DNA of 59,356 nt, taken from IMG/VR virus record IMGVR_UViG_3300044492_000038; one strand, written 5' to 3'. The position numbers were made by a program, and so were the translations under genes. The DNA is from a virus. The notes under the pieces are model-generated. The model was given only the letters and a program-made list of their open reading frames with translations. It ran no database searches and was not told where the DNA came from. Below, in pieces: positions 51,108 through 59,135 of the stretch (the first letter of the stretch is position 1; every line of letters begins with the position of its first letter).

Positions 51108-51442
51108 ATACGCTTCAAGATTTTGTCTGTCTGTTTTTCTGCATCATTCAGCGCTGCCATCATCATCGCGGCTTCGACGAACACGTCGAGCGATGTCTCG
51201 ATCAGCACAGTGCTGCCGTCTGGGCGATTGGCCCGGATGATGACCGCAGGGCTGCTGCCTGCGGCCTTGCTGACACCTCCGGGCAACCGCCCGAAGAAAA
51301 GCTCGGTCCGGTCGACACCGAGCCATTCTACGTTATCGCGTAGCGGCCAAGCGTCGTCTTGCGTCTTCGGCTTCTGCTTGTCGTGCAGGTCTGCCCAGGC
51401 CCCCTGAGTCAAGTCGAATACGATTTTCACTTCGCTTGTCAT
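51104..51442 (-). CDS. Hypothetical protein (112 aa)
   Basis: CAGGAGATCACCT precedes the ATG. ATGA overlap downstream. Confidence 0.6.
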   Translation of the reverse strand: MTSEVKIVFDLTQGAWADLHDKQKPKTQDDAWPLRDNVEWLGVDRTELFFGRLPGGVSKAAGSSPAVIIRANRPDGSTVLIETSLDVFVEAAMMMAALNDAEKQTDKILKRI

Positions 51443-51481
51443 AGGTGATCTCCTGGGCGGTAGAAAACCCTGATTCTACCG

Positions 51482-51748
51482 TCACACCGCCACGACGCGA
51501 TGCGAATAGTCGCGAGACGCGAGCATGTGCGGGACCATCACGAGACAGCCGGTCCTGAAGGGCACCGACTCGCCGTCGAAGACGTGTCGCGAGAGTTCGA
51601 TGATGTATGCGTCATAGCCATGCTCACGGTTGCACGTCTCGACGACTTTGCCTTCGTGGTAGCAGTCGTTGCGTCCTGCCATCGGTTGAAATTCGTAGGC
51701 GCGAACGGTGGTGCCGACGGTGAACTTGTTTGCGTGAGAGAGTTTCAT
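51482..51748 (-). CDS. Hypothetical protein (88 aa)
   Basis: Leader CACAGAAAGGCTAGATC and a TATAAT at 51777-51782. Confidence 0.6.
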   Translation of the reverse strand: MKLSHANKFTVGTTVRAYEFQPMAGRNDCYHEGKVVETCNREHGYDAYIIELSRHVFDGESVPFRTGCLVMVPHMLASRDYSHRVVAV

Positions 51749-51784
51749 GATCTAGCCTTTCTGTGTTGGTGACGCAATTATAGA

Positions 51785-51970
51785 TCAGTTATTCGTGCCC
51801 GTGATGCGTTCACCGATAAAATTTTTCGCCATTGCATGCGCGATCTTGATGTTCTTTGCATACGCGTAAAACTTGCCTGCCGGGTCATAGACCGCGTATT
51901 CACCGGGCTTCGCTTGTGACAGGCGGCAGGTTAGTCCGTTCGCGAGTGAGTGTGTGATGTAGTAGCCCAT
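51785..51970 (-). CDS. Hypothetical protein (61 aa)
   Basis: The start overlaps the upstream stop. Confidence 0.5.
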   Translation of the reverse strand: MGYYITHSLANGLTCRLSQAKPGEYAVYDPAGKFYAYAKNIKIAHAMAKNFIGERITGTNN

Positions 51971-52203
51971 TACTTCAGGTGGTGCTCAGATGACGGGCTA
52001 ACGCTTCGGACATCGGCGAAGATGTCGCGCACAAGTGCGTCGTAGTCAGGGTCGTTGATTGCATAGGGATAAAGCTCATACAGCGCGGCGTGAATGACAC
52101 GCGGCTGTTCTTCGATGCGACGCGTGCCCAGGAGCACCGCAAGCTCTTTGCGCACGCGTTGCTTCTGTTCGTCGGGCCATTGTGCCCAGGGGAGATTGCT
52201 CAT
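51970..52203 (-). CDS. Hypothetical protein (77 aa)
   Basis: ATGA overlap upstream. Confidence 0.55.
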   Translation of the reverse strand: MSNLPWAQWPDEQKQRVRKELAVLLGTRRIEEQPRVIHAALYELYPYAINDPDYDALVRDIFADVRSVSPSSEHHLK

Positions 52204-52391
52204 GGTGCGGACATCCAGAAGAAAATGTATTGCTCGAAGTCGCTCTCGATGTTTTCGAGCGTGTCTTCATACCCGTGCTTGTCGCACTCGTTGCAGTACC
52301 TATCGACATGCGCGGTGTTGAAGCTGTACGTGCGCTTCAGGTGCTCGCGAATAAGCGCGGGCGTCAATTTGATGGGGATTGGTGCGTTCAT
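52200..52391 (-). CDS. Hypothetical protein (63 aa)
   Basis: Follows the hairpin GGGGGC-TGCG-GCCCCC. Confidence 0.55.
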   Translation of the reverse strand: MNAPIPIKLTPALIREHLKRTYSFNTAHVDRYCNECDKHGYEDTLENIESDFEQYIFFWMSAP

Positions 52392-52424
52392 TTTGAAGAA
52401 TGGGGGCCGCAGCCCCCTTGATGA

Positions 52425-53231
52425 TTACGCTGCGACGATGTCGAGCACGCGGTTCGCGAACGTCCAGATGCCCGCATTGAAGTTGATGTCACGGTTCACC
52501 GAGTTGATGCCCGCCGTCGTGACGTTGCGGCCTGCGCGGTCCTGGGAAGCATAGCCGCCCTTCATCGCGTTCTCTTGAATGCGGTTGAACACCGACCAGA
52601 GCGTCATGTTGTCGTCTTCGGCGCGGCGGATCGACAGCAAGCCGGGAACGTGATCGGCACGCGTCTCGCCCCACTTCAGCAGCGTTGCGCCCGTGGCGAA
52701 GTCGATGGCTTGTTGCTTCGTCAACTCGACGGCGCGCATCTTCTCGATACGCGGCAGTGCGTGGTTCGCATGCACTTCGCGAATGAGATCGGTGCCGTCG
52801 ATGATGTGATCCATCATGCGCGGATCATTGTGCAGCACGCGAATCCGGCCATAGTCGGCAGACGGGATCATCATGCCATTGAGGCAGGCTAGCACCTTCA
52901 GTGCTGCCATCATCTCATAGGCCGATGTGCGGTTGTGGCTGTTCGTCATCGCGACTTCGGGAATGTAGTCGCCGACTTGCAACTTGCCTTCGAGGTAGTC
53001 GCGGTGAACAAGGCGCACGAGGTGCTTCGCGTAGGGTTTCTTGTCAGCAGAGAGCGTCTTCGATTGCGACGCCTGCACGACTTCGAAGCCGGTGGCGCGC
53101 ATCGTGTCGATGACATCGGCGGTGCGAACGAATTGATAGCGGGAAGATGCGCCCGGTGCCGGTTCTTCGGAGAAGATCGACGGTGCGACTTTGGCGATGT
53201 CAGCGTTAGAGAGAGCGATGAGGTTGCGCAT
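52425..53231 (-). CDS. DUF932-family protein
   Basis: 268 aa with PEVAMTNSHNRTSAYEMMAALKVLACLNGMM..IRVLH, matching the DUF932 NSHDGxS signature region. Confidence 0.75.
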   Translation of the reverse strand: MRNLIALSNADIAKVAPSIFSEEPAPGASSRYQFVRTADVIDTMRATGFEVVQASQSKTLSADKKPYAKHLVRLVHRDYLEGKLQVGDYIPEVAMTNSHNRTSAYEMMAALKVLACLNGMMIPSADYGRIRVLHNDPRMMDHIIDGTDLIREVHANHALPRIEKMRAVELTKQQAIDFATGATLLKWGETRADHVPGLLSIRRAEDDNMTLWSVFNRIQENAMKGGYASQDRAGRNVTTAGINSVNRDINFNAGIWTFANRVLDIVAA

Positions 53232-53258
53232 GGTTAGCCTTTCTGTGTGTGTTTGAAA

Positions 53259-53295
53259 ATCACCGCAGTGTGAATTGCTGCGGTGATGAATTATA
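53259..53295 (-). promoter_or_regulatory. TATAAT (53290-53295) followed by a 10-bp-stem leader hairpin plus TTTTC
   Basis: Minus strand reads TATAATTC-ATCACCGCAG-caattcaca-CTGCGGTGAT-TTTCAAACACACACAGAAAGG. Confidence 0.55.
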
Positions 53296-53329
53296 TGCCG
53301 GAAATGATGAGTTCGCCAGCTTTGTTGTT

Positions 53330-53530
53330 TCAGAGTGTTTCGTTGATGGCGCGATCAATAGCCATCTTGCGCATTTCGTGGCGACGGATGGCTTCGACGA
53401 GCCCGTGCTCTTTTAGGTCAGGCAGGATGCGCGCACGTGCGGATTCATAAAGAGGTTGCATTGCAACCATCGCGGCGGCGCGTGCTTCTGCTTTCTCACT
53501 GATAGTCTTTGCGTAGTTCTCGAAGCTCAT
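53330..53530 (-). CDS. Hypothetical protein (66 aa)
   Basis: ORF in the operon context. Confidence 0.55.
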   Translation of the reverse strand: MSFENYAKTISEKAEARAAAMVAMQPLYESARARILPDLKEHGLVEAIRRHEMRKMAIDRAINETL

Positions 53531-53552
53531 TTGTTTCTCTCTCGTTGTTGGT

Positions 53553-53876
53553 TTAGTGGTGTGCGGGCCTGCACTCGTTAACGATGCCTTTGCCCAGGTC
53601 GACGGCGGTGAAAGTGATCTTGTCTTTGAATTGCGGATTTGAATCGGTCAGGTACTTTGCCATTGACTCGGCACGCTTCATCGTCGTGAGGCGCACTGAC
53701 CACATGGTAGAGAGCGTGCCTTCGGTCATCTTGATGCCATAGCGCCCATGCGGGTGCGACATCATGCAGTTCGGGCCATAACTGAACCATCCATGTGATT
53801 CTTCGTCCCAGGCTTCATCAGCGACGGGCTTGCCGCAATAGATGCAATTCGGGCGGGCGGGAATGTCTCGACACAT
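53553..53876 (-). CDS. Hypothetical protein with N-terminal CxxC (107 aa)
   Basis: GTAGGAGAACGT precedes the ATG. Contains PNCIYCGKP. Confidence 0.6.
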   Translation of the reverse strand: MCRDIPARPNCIYCGKPVADEAWDEESHGWFSYGPNCMMSHPHGRYGIKMTEGTLSTMWSVRLTTMKRAESMAKYLTDSNPQFKDKITFTAVDLGKGIVNECRPAHH

Positions 53877-53888
53877 ACGTTCTCCTAC

Positions 53889-53919
53889 GGGGCACGGTGT
53901 GCCCCTTGATTTTTGATTT
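53889..53919 (+). terminator. Plus-strand-oriented intrinsic terminator inside a minus-strand gene block
   Basis: GGGGCAC-GGT-GTGCCCC followed by TTGATTTTTGATTT on the plus strand. The minus-strand flank is not U-rich. Confidence 0.55.
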
Positions 53920-54139
53920 AGTTCGCGACGCAGAAAGAGAAATGCATGCCTGCCTGAAGTGCGCGCTCGCCCAGGAAAAGAGGGAAGAAGCGGCCTTCGG
54001 CATTTGCCACAACGACGAAGTCGAGACGCTCGTTGTTCTCGGCGGTGACGCGTTCACCAAAGGTTTTTTGAACAGCTTTGATGGCGTTGTCGCGAGTTGC
54101 GTAGGTCTTGTTCGGAGTCATTTCGAGGTGGCGGATCAT
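53918..54139 (-). CDS. Hypothetical protein (73 aa)
   Basis: Internal ATG 54139 follows ACAGAAAGCACGAA. The leader hairpin is CGGCTCA-GTGGT-TGAGCCG. Confidence 0.55.
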   Translation of the reverse strand: MIRHLEMTPNKTYATRDNAIKAVQKTFGERVTAENNERLDFVVVANAEGRFFPLFLGERALQAGMHFSFCVAN

Positions 54140-54180
54140 TTCGTGCTTTCTGTTTGTTCGGCTCAACCACTGAGCCGATG

Positions 54181-54198
54181 AGTTAATGTATCCGATAA
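54181..54198 (-). promoter_or_regulatory. Shared 18-nt upstream motif TTATCGGNTACATTAACT (copy 1; copy 2 at 55942-55959)
   Basis: 17 of 18 positions are identical between the two copies. They lie 42 and 51 nt upstream of their start codons. Confidence 0.45.
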
Positions 54199-54237
54199 AT
54201 TGCCGTCGGGTCGGCATCAACTCAAAAATAGTTGTTT

Positions 54238-54492
54238 CTAGTTGTTGTTGTCCAACTGCACAGCGATGTCGCGGCTGTGTCGATTGACCCAGGCAACTAG
54301 ATCGACGAGTGATGCGTCAACAGAGAGCGTGCCCATCATGTTGCATCGCACTGACTCTTGTTCTAGTTGCTCGTCGTCAAGGATCACTTGATTAACGATG
54401 TCGATTAGTTCTGCACGCGTGCCGTCGACGGTGAGAGGGTAATAGGGATGTGCGTTTGCGGTGTCGGAGATGGGAGAGACGGTCAACTTCAC
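54238..54492 (-). CDS. Hypothetical protein (84 aa, GTG start)
   Basis: Leader CACCAGAAAGTTACC. TACAAT at 54521-54526 abuts the hairpin ATCCC/GGGAT. Confidence 0.5.
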   Translation of the reverse strand: MKLTVSPISDTANAHPYYPLTVDGTRAELIDIVNQVILDDEQLEQESVRCNMMGTLSVDASLVDLVAWVNRHSRDIAVQLDNNN

Positions 54493-54625
54493 GGTAACTT
54501 TCTGGTGGTTTGGGAATTCTATTGTATCCCAGCAATTCGGGATTTCGGCTCTTTTGGCTCGTCCGGACGATCCTTCGGCGGTAGGGGTTTATCCCGTGGC
54601 GTCGGCACGTCCTTCGGTGTCTCGC

Positions 54626-54856
54626 TCACTTCCATACTGCGATCACGGCGGTAACGATGACGGCAAAAGTGATGCTCGCGCACAGCACGGTCCAGGCCAA
54701 CAGGCCGAAGGAAACACCGGGCTTCGGCGGTGGGTCCAGGCGGGCGCGAAAGGGTCCGTCATCGTGCTCGGTGTGGGTTGGCCTGGGTGATGCGGCGTTT
54801 GCGCGTCCTGCGCGATCCTGCGGGTCATACGGCTTGTTTGCGCGGTCGATGGGCAT
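54626..54856 (-). CDS. Membrane-anchored small protein (76 aa, C-terminal TM)
   Basis: VSFGLLAWTVLCASITFAVIVTAVIAVW. Confidence 0.5.
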   Translation of the reverse strand: MPIDRANKPYDPQDRAGRANAASPRPTHTEHDDGPFRARLDPPPKPGVSFGLLAWTVLCASITFAVIVTAVIAVWK

Positions 54857-54910
54857 GGCTTCTTTCCTTTCTATTGGTGGGCAGGGGTTGCGAGCCCCTG
54901 CCGGTGATGA

Positions 54911-55891
54911 TTATTCTGCGTCGGTCTTGCCGGTGACACCGGCAAGGCGGGCTTGCACTTCTTTCTCTGCGGCTTCGCGGGCTTCGCGATTGGCCTTGAG
55001 CATGGCTTCGCGCAGGGCATCGCGCATCTCGTCGCGTTCCTTCGCTGCCTTGATGCGGGCGGCTTCTTTCGCATCGCGGGCGGCGCGGCGCATGTCTTCG
55101 CGTTCGTTCGCTGCCTTCACGCGTTGCGCTTCTTTCGCTTCGTGATTGGCGCGGCGCTCTGCTTCGCGATCTTCAGCAGCCTTCACGCGTTCTGCTTCTT
55201 TCGCTTCGCGGTCCAGGCGGTTTTGCACTTCGCGCTCTGCGCGGGCCTTGATCTTCGCTTGTGCCTCTTCCATCTTCTTCGCGGCACGGGCAGCGATCTC
55301 GGCTTCGCGGTCAACACCCTTCGTCGCGGCGGCATCATAGCGGCTGCTGCGAGCGAATTGGAATTGCGTGCTTGCCGTGGCAGGGCTGATGCCAAGCGCT
55401 TGATCCGACGTGATCGTCAGCACATCACCGCGAGTCAGCGCACGCTCGTCCCAGAGGGCAAGCTCACGAACGAAGGCAACACGCGACATCTTGCCGGTGC
55501 GCACTTGCGGGTCGAGCGTGGCGGCGAACTCGCGGGCCTTTGCCAGCAGTTCCGGTGCCGTTGCGACGCGGGCCTTCGGTGCTTCTTTCACTTTCTTGCC
55601 GACAGTGGTGCGGGTCGCTTGCGTGTTGGCGACATCTGCGGCGGCACCGAGAATCGAGTTCGTCGGGTTTTCTTCCGGTGCCGTGACGTTGGTAACTACG
55701 TCGTCGGTCTTGTCGGCGGCAGGGCTAACGGTGCCGTCTTGCGGTGCAGGCGTCGGCTCGGGCGTCGGCTCAACTGCTTGAGCACGCTTTTGCGAGTTCT
55801 TCTTCTTGTCCAGGGAGAGAGTTGCGGTGTCGTTCACGGTGGTTCCTTCTTCGTTGATGGGGGCATTGGTGTCGAGTTCGTAGGATTTCAT
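54911..55891 (-). CDS. Coiled-coil protein with 22-aa tandem repeats (326 aa)
   Basis: C-terminal EAKEA.RVKAA..RE..RRA units, from 66-bp DNA repeats at about 54961-55216. Confidence 0.7.
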   Translation of the reverse strand: MKSYELDTNAPINEEGTTVNDTATLSLDKKKNSQKRAQAVEPTPEPTPAPQDGTVSPAADKTDDVVTNVTAPEENPTNSILGAAADVANTQATRTTVGKKVKEAPKARVATAPELLAKAREFAATLDPQVRTGKMSRVAFVRELALWDERALTRGDVLTITSDQALGISPATASTQFQFARSSRYDAAATKGVDREAEIAARAAKKMEEAQAKIKARAEREVQNRLDREAKEAERVKAAEDREAERRANHEAKEAQRVKAANEREDMRRAARDAKEAARIKAAKERDEMRDALREAMLKANREAREAAEKEVQARLAGVTGKTDAE

Positions 55892-55941
55892 GATTTAAGC
55901 CTTTCTGTGCTTCGGTTTGTTTGTATCGCGAAGTGCGATGT

Positions 55942-55959
55942 AGTTAATGTAGCCGATAA
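55942..55959 (-). promoter_or_regulatory. Shared 18-nt upstream motif, copy 2
   Basis: Plus strand reads agttaatgtagccgataa. Confidence 0.45.
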
Positions 55960-56017
55960 CTCGACCGTTATTCATCGTGACGCGAAAATAGATGCAACAA
56001 AATGTAGAGCGATTAGG

Positions 56018-56374
56018 TCACGCTGCATCACCGGCAGTGTCCGGATACGTCGGCGCGGGCATGGGCCAACGGATCACACCGGCGATGTAGTCTTCAGCTT
56101 CTTTGTTGAACACAGCAACGCGTGTCGTGAACACGACGACACCGCGACGCTCGAAGTACGCTGCGTTGTCGACCGAGATCATGCGCCTATAGATAGGGTG
56201 CTGCGGATCGGCGTATATCCAGGCGGCTTCACCGTCTTTGTTAGGATTGCCATTGATGACGTAGACATCGCCCAGGCGGTGAAGATCGGCAACAAGGAAT
56301 CGCTCGCCGACGATGTCATGGAACAAGCAGCCGGTGATGATGCACTCAGGGAAGTTATAGCGTTCGTGGCTCAT
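56018..56374 (-). CDS. Hypothetical protein (118 aa)
   Basis: ATGA overlap with the upstream micro-ORF. Confidence 0.6.
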   Translation of the reverse strand: MSHERYNFPECIITGCLFHDIVGERFLVADLHRLGDVYVINGNPNKDGEAAWIYADPQHPIYRRMISVDNAAYFERRGVVVFTTRVAVFNKEAEDYIAGVIRWPMPAPTYPDTAGDAA

Positions 56375-56472
56375 GGTGTGGTGAAGAAGAAGAGATAAAA
56401 GAAAACAGCCGCACAGATAATCACTGCGATCAGCAGTAATACCCGTGCGGCCTTGATGAAACCGTTAAGCAT
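56371..56472 (-). CDS. Micro-ORF, single-TM peptide (33 aa)
   Basis: MLNGFIKAARVLLLIAVIICAAVFFYLFFFTTP. Overlaps both neighbours. Confidence 0.4.
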   Translation of the reverse strand: MLNGFIKAARVLLLIAVIICAAVFFYLFFFTTP

Positions 56473-56846
56473 TATTGTGTGGGGATTAGTTCCCCTTTGG
56501 CGCGCACTTCGGACATGATGATGCGGACGATACCGGCTAGGCGATTCAACGGTACATAGAAGCCTGTGACGCTGCTTATGCTGACGCCGACGAACGAATA
56601 GACTTGGAAATTGTAGCGGTGATTATTTTCGTCCCAGAAACACGGGCGCGGCTTGCCGTACCGCTTTCTGAATGCGCTCTCTGGCACGTGATGATTGCTG
56701 AATATGATGACAGGAGTTTTGTCCGGTGCCATCATCTTGAACAGATGCCCGTGCTTCTTCATGAAGAGGTCTGCTAGCTCTTCATCTGTCACATTTTTGT
56801 GTTGGTACTTTTGCCATGCAGGCGAGTAGAGTTCGCGTGAAGTCAT
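56472..56846 (-). CDS. Hypothetical protein (124 aa)
   Basis: ATGA overlap upstream. Confidence 0.6.
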   Translation of the reverse strand: MTSRELYSPAWQKYQHKNVTDEELADLFMKKHGHLFKMMAPDKTPVIIFSNHHVPESAFRKRYGKPRPCFWDENNHRYNFQVYSFVGVSISSVTGFYVPLNRLAGIVRIIMSEVRAKGELIPTQ

Positions 56847-57040
56847 GGTTCGAAGCCGGGTTGCAACTTGTAGTCGTCGTCGACAACGGCGTAATAGCGA
56901 GAGTAAGCTTCGCCGGTCACAGCGTTGATTGCGTCGCAGATTTTCTGCATGCGCGGACGATCCAGCACGGGCAAGCCGGTGACGAATTTCTCGTCTGGAT
57001 AGTCACCGCCGAAATTGTCGGTGTGAATGATTTTTGCCAT
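56843..57040 (-). CDS. Hypothetical protein (65 aa)
   Basis: Leader hairpin CGAGAAA/TTTCTCG, then ACAGAAAGCATC before the ATG. Confidence 0.55.
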   Translation of the reverse strand: MAKIIHTDNFGGDYPDEKFVTGLPVLDRPRMQKICDAINAVTGEAYSRYYAVVDDDYKLQPGFEP

Positions 57041-57208
57041 GATGCTTTCTGTCGAGAAATGAAGGGCAGTTTTCTCGGCATACCCAGGCTCAAGCCACTT
57101 GTGTTTGTAGACTAACAGGCGTGTGGCAGATTGGTCTTCAGTGCGTGTGAGACAGAACTTCCATCAACTACCTACACGCTAACGCTGCTGTCGCCCAGCG
57201 GCTAACGA

Positions 57209-58084
57209 TCAATATGGGATGTCGTCGTCATTGTCGGCACCGGGCTCGCGTCCCATGTCCGGCGCTTTCTCGAAGTCAGGCTTGACGGCACCGCTCTTCA
57301 CGCTCTTCGCGAACTTCTGCGCTTCGATGAAGATCGGGTCTTGCGGGCCTTTGAGATAGCCTGCATGCGTGAATGCCCATCCCATCCACGAGCCCTTTTC
57401 GTTGCTCTCTGGCACCGTCGTGACACGCCACTTGCTCGCATACATCGGCGGCGTGTAGGGACCGTTCGGGCCTTTGAGCTTCAGCATGTTCTGCTGCATG
57501 TACCATGACTTCGATTTCTTGATCTGCGTCGATGTCATGGTGATGAGCGCAGGCGTCGCGTAGCCTTCTGCTTCGTTGAAGACCATCACGAAGAACGTGC
57601 GTGTGTCGTTCAACTGATTGCCGCTCTCGATGATGTCGCGATTCTTGTCATCGCGCATGCTCTTCTCAAGCAGTCGCTCACCTTCTTCGACCGAGTGCTG
57701 ACCCTTGAAGCCACCGCCGTTCTCGCGAATGCGCCACTCGATGAAGAACCGATCATAGGCGCACGGGATCACGTACAGCGGTGTCTTGATCGGGTCATAG
57801 AGTTCTTTGGTCACGCTGTTGAATAGCATGCCTTCTGCCGCGCCTTCGATGTACTCGCCTTCGCTGCGCTTCACCTGGGGCGAGCCCGATTGCAAGATCG
57901 TCAGGAAAGGAATCGCGAGATCGTCCTTCGTCGCGCCTTGAAAGCCTTCACCGGCAAAGCCGCTGAAGTCGTCGGCTGCTGTCGTCAACGCTGCGCCGTT
58001 AGGCTTCGGCGTCACGATTGCGTTCGCTGATGCTTCGGGCGCGTTCGCCGGTTGTGTGGGAGTTGCGGTTGTGGTGTCTGTCAT
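57209..58084 (-). CDS. Putative ssDNA-binding/recombination accessory protein ending in an SSB-type tip (DNDDDIPY)
   Basis: 291 aa. The ORF is solid. The function is inferred only from the acidic C-terminal tip and the replication/recombination neighbourhood. Confidence 0.55.
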   Translation of the reverse strand: MTDTTTATPTQPANAPEASANAIVTPKPNGAALTTAADDFSGFAGEGFQGATKDDLAIPFLTILQSGSPQVKRSEGEYIEGAAEGMLFNSVTKELYDPIKTPLYVIPCAYDRFFIEWRIRENGGGFKGQHSVEEGERLLEKSMRDDKNRDIIESGNQLNDTRTFFVMVFNEAEGYATPALITMTSTQIKKSKSWYMQQNMLKLKGPNGPYTPPMYASKWRVTTVPESNEKGSWMGWAFTHAGYLKGPQDPIFIEAQKFAKSVKSGAVKPDFEKAPDMGREPGADNDDDIPY

Positions 58085-58641
58085 TTCAATGCTTTCTTTG
58101 CTGTCTTCAACTCTGCCTTCTTAAACTGAAAGATGCTAAAGGATGGCGGCAGAGCGGTGCCCTTCTCTAGCAATTCCTTCACGAGCGCTTTCAATGTCGC
58201 AGCGTGAACAGATTCAACGTCTTCCGGAGTGACATCATAACTCATAATTTGCGCGTAGAGCGCTTCGCGTTGTTCTTCTGTCAACGTGCGCACGTCGACG
58301 ACGTAGGCTTCTTTGATGACGCCACCGTGCCCGTTGTCGCGTAGCCACTTGTGCGCGAATGGGCGGTTCGCTTCGGTGATGCTTGCCTTCACATCGTCAC
58401 GCACAACGAGCTTCGTGCCGTCGCTGAGCGTGTAGTCGGCAACACCGGCAAGCTCCATCGCTTCGGGTAAGACGGTGAGTTGATAGCGGTTCAAGTCCGC
58501 TGTGCATCGGTCGAGTTCTGCCTGTGCATCGGCAACCTCTTGCAACTTCTCGCGCAGCGTGCTCGCCATACGCACGAGCATCTGCAAGTGATCTTCTGTC
58601 GGCGTGTCGTTGTTGATGCCGCTGAAATCTGGATCAGCCAT
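58081..58641 (-). CDS. Hypothetical protein with N-terminal coiled coil (186 aa)
   Basis: Internal ATG 58641 gives an 8-nt overlap upstream and an ATGA overlap downstream. Confidence 0.6.
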   Translation of the reverse strand: MADPDFSGINNDTPTEDHLQMLVRMASTLREKLQEVADAQAELDRCTADLNRYQLTVLPEAMELAGVADYTLSDGTKLVVRDDVKASITEANRPFAHKWLRDNGHGGVIKEAYVVDVRTLTEEQREALYAQIMSYDVTPEDVESVHAATLKALVKELLEKGTALPPSFSIFQFKKAELKTAKKALK

Positions 58642-58864
58642 GTTGTACCTTGAATCTTTCTCTGAACGCTGCTTCAGTGCAGACGTATGATTTCGTGGAG
58701 TGCAGTTGGTTATAGTAGACCACTGCGGGCAGTTCTGTGCCCAGGACTTCGAGCACCGTCTCGGTGTCGATGATGCCATCTTGAGTCCCTAGAAGCACCG
58801 TGTAGACGATGTCAGTCTCGATCTCGACGTAGTCGGTGTCCTGGGCGATTGGGCCTTCTAGCAT
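58634..58864 (-). CDS. Hypothetical acidic protein (76 aa)
   Basis: ORF in the operon context. Confidence 0.55.
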   Translation of the reverse strand: MLEGPIAQDTDYVEIETDIVYTVLLGTQDGIIDTETVLEVLGTELPAVVYYNQLHSTKSYVCTEAAFRERFKVQHG

Positions 58865-58868
58865 GCTG

Positions 58869-59135
58869 TCACCTTCGAATGATGCGATTCATCTCGGCTT
58901 CGATGTCTTCAGGCTTGATGACACCGCCACCTGTGTTCTTAATGGCTTCGGCGGCGAAGAGTTCGGCGTGTTGCTTCGAGCGAATCGCGCCTTCGGTGAG
59001 CATGACGACAGTCATCTCGTGTTCTACCATCAGGCGCGTCGACGGTGCGAGAGATTTTGTGTGCGCCATGAGCCGGTCCCACCAACGAGCTTTGAGTTCG
59101 TCGTCAATGAGTTGCTTGCGTTCTTCGGGTGTCAT
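58869..59135 (-). CDS. Hypothetical protein (88 aa)
   Basis: ATGA overlap with the junction-spanning gene. Confidence 0.6.
   Translation of the reverse strand: MTPEERKQLIDDELKARWWDRLMAHTKSLAPSTRLMVEHEMTVVMLTEGAIRSKQHAELFAAEAIKNTGGGVIKPEDIEAEMNRIIRR

Noticed and set aside
54953-56398. Long ORFs run antisense to called genes: 54953-56398(+), 21302-21961(-), 30976-31824(-), 32008-32658(-), 32788-33498(-), 33868-34497(-), 42034-42708(-), 45622-46635(-), 14453-15019(+), 16126-16767(+).
   Set aside because: They are shadow frames of GC-rich coding sequence. Their composition is Arg/Ser/Cys-rich, they lack the leader or SD motifs, and the opposite strand carries recognisable domains or coupled operon structure.
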